DNA of 64,000 bases from Ramazzottius varieornatus (Eukaryota; Animalia; Tardigrada). Below, piece by piece: positions 60,999 through 64,000 of this stretch; within the stretch, counting starts at the first letter, position 1; every line of letters begins with the position of its first letter. The stretch is from contig BDGG01000017.1 of assembly GCA_001949185.1 (NCBI GenBank), positions 248,001 through 312,000 on the forward strand. The letters run 5' to 3'. The position numbers and the translations under genes were made by a program. The notes beneath the pieces were generated by a model. That model worked only from the letters and a program-made list of their open reading frames with translations. It made no database searches and was not told the DNA's origin.

Positions 60999-62820
60999 AT
61001 GATATGCACGAATCCCCGTACCACCACTCTCATTCTGACTGTCGGCTGCTTGTTGATAGGTTATTGGTTCTTGCTCTCCAAATCCCAGAGAGAAATTTGG
61101 AACTGCAAGACTTGGCAGGTGCTTCATCCCTTCCGCCCATCATCTAACTCCTTTTCTGTTGGGAGACGCCTGCCTGCCGATTTCCGATGGAACTTGAGCC
61201 ACGTCCTGACCAATGTTGAGCATGCCGAAAACGTTTGCCCTCTTCGAGAGCGTGTCAGAGCAATGTCGGCCATTTCTAGGTGAGCTCCAAATACTCCGTT
61301 GTGCCGGGGAGACAAAACAGCTGTACAGAATGGGATTTTCAGGAAGCGATCTCGCAGCATCATGGGCGGAAAGACCATGGCCTTCATCGGGGATTCCCGT
61401 ATGCGCGATATCTTTTGTTTCCTCCGTAGCCTCCTCCAGGGCCATACTCCAAAGAATTACACGGCATTTTACCACGATGTCATATTCCGGCAGTTCAAGC
61501 ACAACATTACACTGGTATGCAGAACTGCAGCTTTATGCCCTCTACTTCGTTTGGGTACATCGTACAGCTACCGTACACGCACGATGGGAAATTATGGGCC
61601 AGGCCTTTCTCGCTACGGCGCTATGGAAGCACGTACGTACGCGACCGATTCACAGTTATACATTCTTCGACACTTTTCTACGGTCGAATTTCCATTTTGC
61701 CGTCCGTTCCGCCTGTCCCAAAATTTCTACTGGCCCATAATTTCACATCGTGTGTGTACTGTAGTTGCATGGTGCAGTATTGTGTACTGATAGCTCTTCT
61801 ACTGGCGTCGCTTTCCTGATTCCGAACTACAACGCCTTTTGGCCCGCTGGCAGCTGGCTGTGGAAGAAGTGCCGCATTACATCATTGTGCAAATCGGAGC
61901 GGTAAGCAAGCACTCACCTGCGTAAACTATTAATTTCTTCTGTCCACCACACACCATGCGCTCTTCTTTCATAGTGGTCGGTCGATCGGTTTGGAGGAAC
62001 CGACATCGCCAACTTCACCTGTACGGTTGGGTGGCGTACACCACATTGGCGCTCGTTATATCGCTAATATGGAAGTACAGTACACGCATGACGAGAAATT
62101 ATGGGGCCAGTGAAAATTATGAGTCCAGGCGGGAAAGACGGCAAAATGAAAAGTCAAACGTAGAAAAGTGTCCAAAATGCATTACTATGAATCGGTCGTG
62201 TACGTATGTGCTTCCGTAGCGCCGTAGCGAAAAGGCCTGGTCCCATAATTTTTACTGGCCCCATAATTTCCCGTCGTGCTTTTACCTGATTATAGCGATT
62301 TCGAACGTTTAGCGGGTGTCGGGGACGCCATGATTAAACTGAACAGTCTCCCCTGCGATCGAACCACCAGTATCTGGATGCAAACGTGTGAGTTCCTCGT
62401 CACGTATGCACTATACAGTAGTCCTCCAACAAATTTCAAGATCTGACAAAACTCTGATTTGTAGTGCCGGTGAACCCGACAACATCTTGGCCTAGCTGGG
62501 TCAAAAGAAACAATGCTTCGATGTACGTAGAGTTGTTTGGCCAATGGATCAGAAAAACTTTAGCCCATCACGCCATTTCCTCTCACCCGACCACGCCCAA
62601 AGGAACCCCTAGCACCGTTCTTCTGTGGTCAACTGCCCACGACGTCGCTCTGAAAGTAGGCAAAGCTGCACCTTTCGAAAACGCTAACCATTCCAGCCTT
62701 TACTTTAGTGCTTCTTTCGTGTCGTAGCGCCTGGTCATGTATCGCGATCACGTCCATCCAGGCATCCTTCTGGTGCAACAGGTACACCTTCAACGACCTT
62801 GTCTCCTTCAAGAACTGTGA
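60999..62820 (+). CDS. Type II membrane SGNH/GDS-motif protein, CASD1 N-terminal-domain-like (putative O-acetyltransferase/esterase)
   Basis: N-terminal TM LILTVGCLLIGYWFLL, AFIGDSRMRDIF, LFYW, PHYIIVQIGAW and a C-terminal DHVH (DxxH). Confidence 0.7.
61571..61761 (-). mobile_element. MITE family B, copy 2 (inverted, flanked by TA)
   Basis: TA|CCGTACACGCACGATGGGAAATTATGGG...CCCATAATTTCACATCGTGTGTGTACTG|TA. Confidence 0.85.
62078..62288 (+). mobile_element. MITE family B, copy 3
   Basis: TA|CAGTACACGCATGACGAGAAATTATGGGG..., nearly collinear with 56701-56895. Confidence 0.85.
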
Positions 62821-62966
62821 TGGCTTATTGTAAAACCAAGCTATAAATCATATCATAACTGTTTGTCTGGTTTTAGTTTGTCTGTCAGTTGTTGACTGCC
62901 ATCGGTGTATTCGGCGAAAGAACGAATGTCCAAGAAGCGCATGCGCAGCCATAGCATTTGGCTGGC

Positions 62967-64000
62967 TCAAAATTTTACATTGTGTAACTTTGGTGGTTCA
63001 CCAGCAACAGATGTGCCTGATACACTATCGAAATCGGCATCTGGTATACCCTTCGTGTGTGAGTCATTTCTGCGCCATAACCATAAACGTAGTCTAAATA
63101 TGAGCCAAAAAACGGCGAAAGTTATAGGGATAGCGATAAAAATGAGAGCCAGCGTAACACCAACGGCAATCGGTAGCTTGTGCTTATAGTTCAGGAAGGG
63201 GTAAATAGCGATATCCCCTTCTGCCGTTGTCCCGCTCGCGGCGTAGTAGATACCTATCAAGAACGAGAAATAGAACCTAGGCAGACAAACTCGACAAGCT
63301 CGTTTTGCGAAAGTGGTGCGCGCTCAAAACCAATAACCTTGGAAGCGTGCGCTACTTTGGGAGAGCGAACTTCGCACGATGGCTTTTCCAAGCGGCGCAT
63401 ACTTTCGGCTAGTTATAACGAAAAAGTGCGCCAGCTGGAAAGCAATCTGGCAGAGTTACTGAAAATTCTTCCCATGAGCGTAAAGTGGCGGGCATGCAAT
63501 TCTTACCGGTGAATGTAGCGTATAAACAGCCATAGATCATGGGGTGGCACAAGTGAAGGAGGTTGACGGGTTGAGCGTGGAGGAAATGGTCCAAGACCAG
63601 GATGAGACCGTTGATCAGATGGACATGGAGGGTGATGGCCGACGGCCCATCACCCGGCTTGTACCATGTTTTGTCCTTTTCGGGATCCGGTGGCCAAAGC
63701 ATGAACCAGTACAGGAAGACCACCATCAGCGTGCAAGGGGCGGCGATATTCCATAGGACCCATTGAATCTTTAGTAGTATCAAATATTCTGAAAGACGCC
63801 AGAAATCATACATTCATGGTACTATTGATGGAACGAAGCCAGCTTCCTTACGTTGCTTTTCGTGGCCGCGTCGACCAATCTCGAAGCAGGTGTTGAGGGC
63901 AGAAAACAAGAGGTAGAAGATGAAAAGCAAGTAGGTCCAGTGCGTCAGATAGATCATCCATCTATCGCCCTGCTGCTGAGTTTGGGCTCTTCTTAAAGAA
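62967..64000 (-). CDS. Rolling stone-like (FAR-17a/AIG1-related) multipass membrane protein, 3' part
   Basis: WMIYLTHW, QWVLWNIA...VVFLYW, LHVHLIN...LLHLCHPMIYGCLYATFT and IYYA.SGT...IYPFLNY. Confidence 0.85.
63283..63460. repeat. Palindromic family A array (2 units, rolling-stone-like intron)
   Basis: AAACTCGACAAG...AAGTGGTGCGC...GTGCGCCAGCTGG. Confidence 0.85.

Noticed and set aside
2855-63460. Family A as Introner (intron-creating) elements
   Set aside because: The elements lie inside introns with unrelated sequence between them and the GT/AG sites, so they do not supply the splice sites.
1-64000. tRNA, rRNA or prokaryotic operon features
   Set aside because: None recognised; gene structure is spliceosomal throughout.

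Overview
Gene-dense, intron-rich eukaryotic DNA (GT-AG introns, standard code) from a compact-genome animal with motile cilia or flagella. The taxon cannot be determined from the sequence alone. Recognisable spliced genes, in order: TMEM131 (3' part), a tolloid/BMP1 astacin protease, FDXR, a short TRIP11/GMAP-210-like golgin, RSPH3, MMS19, PYM1, LATS/warts kinase, SLC9C (sperm-type Na+/H+ exchanger), a CASD1-like SGNH protein and a rolling-stone-like membrane protein (3' part). Several small spliced genes are missed by the ORF track or only partly captured: a 92-aa two-repeat hydrophilin-like protein with a TATA promoter, a secreted precursor of a probable amidated peptide, a Cys-rich gene nested antisense in an MMS19 intron, and a Gly/Trp-rich secreted protein. 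The most striking non-coding feature is an abundant palindromic element, AAGTGGCGCAC-N25-GTGCGCCACTT with longer outer arms. It occurs at about 33 loci, often as 2-4-unit arrays and almost all in introns, with conserved arms and spacer length but diverged spacer sequence. Also present are a Tc1/mariner-type MITE family, a PIF/Harbinger-type element with a TGA target duplication, a 230-bp-arm inverted repeat and a decayed PIF1-helicase (Helitron-like) relic. Exon boundaries were read by hand and family calls rest on remembered motifs, not database searches.
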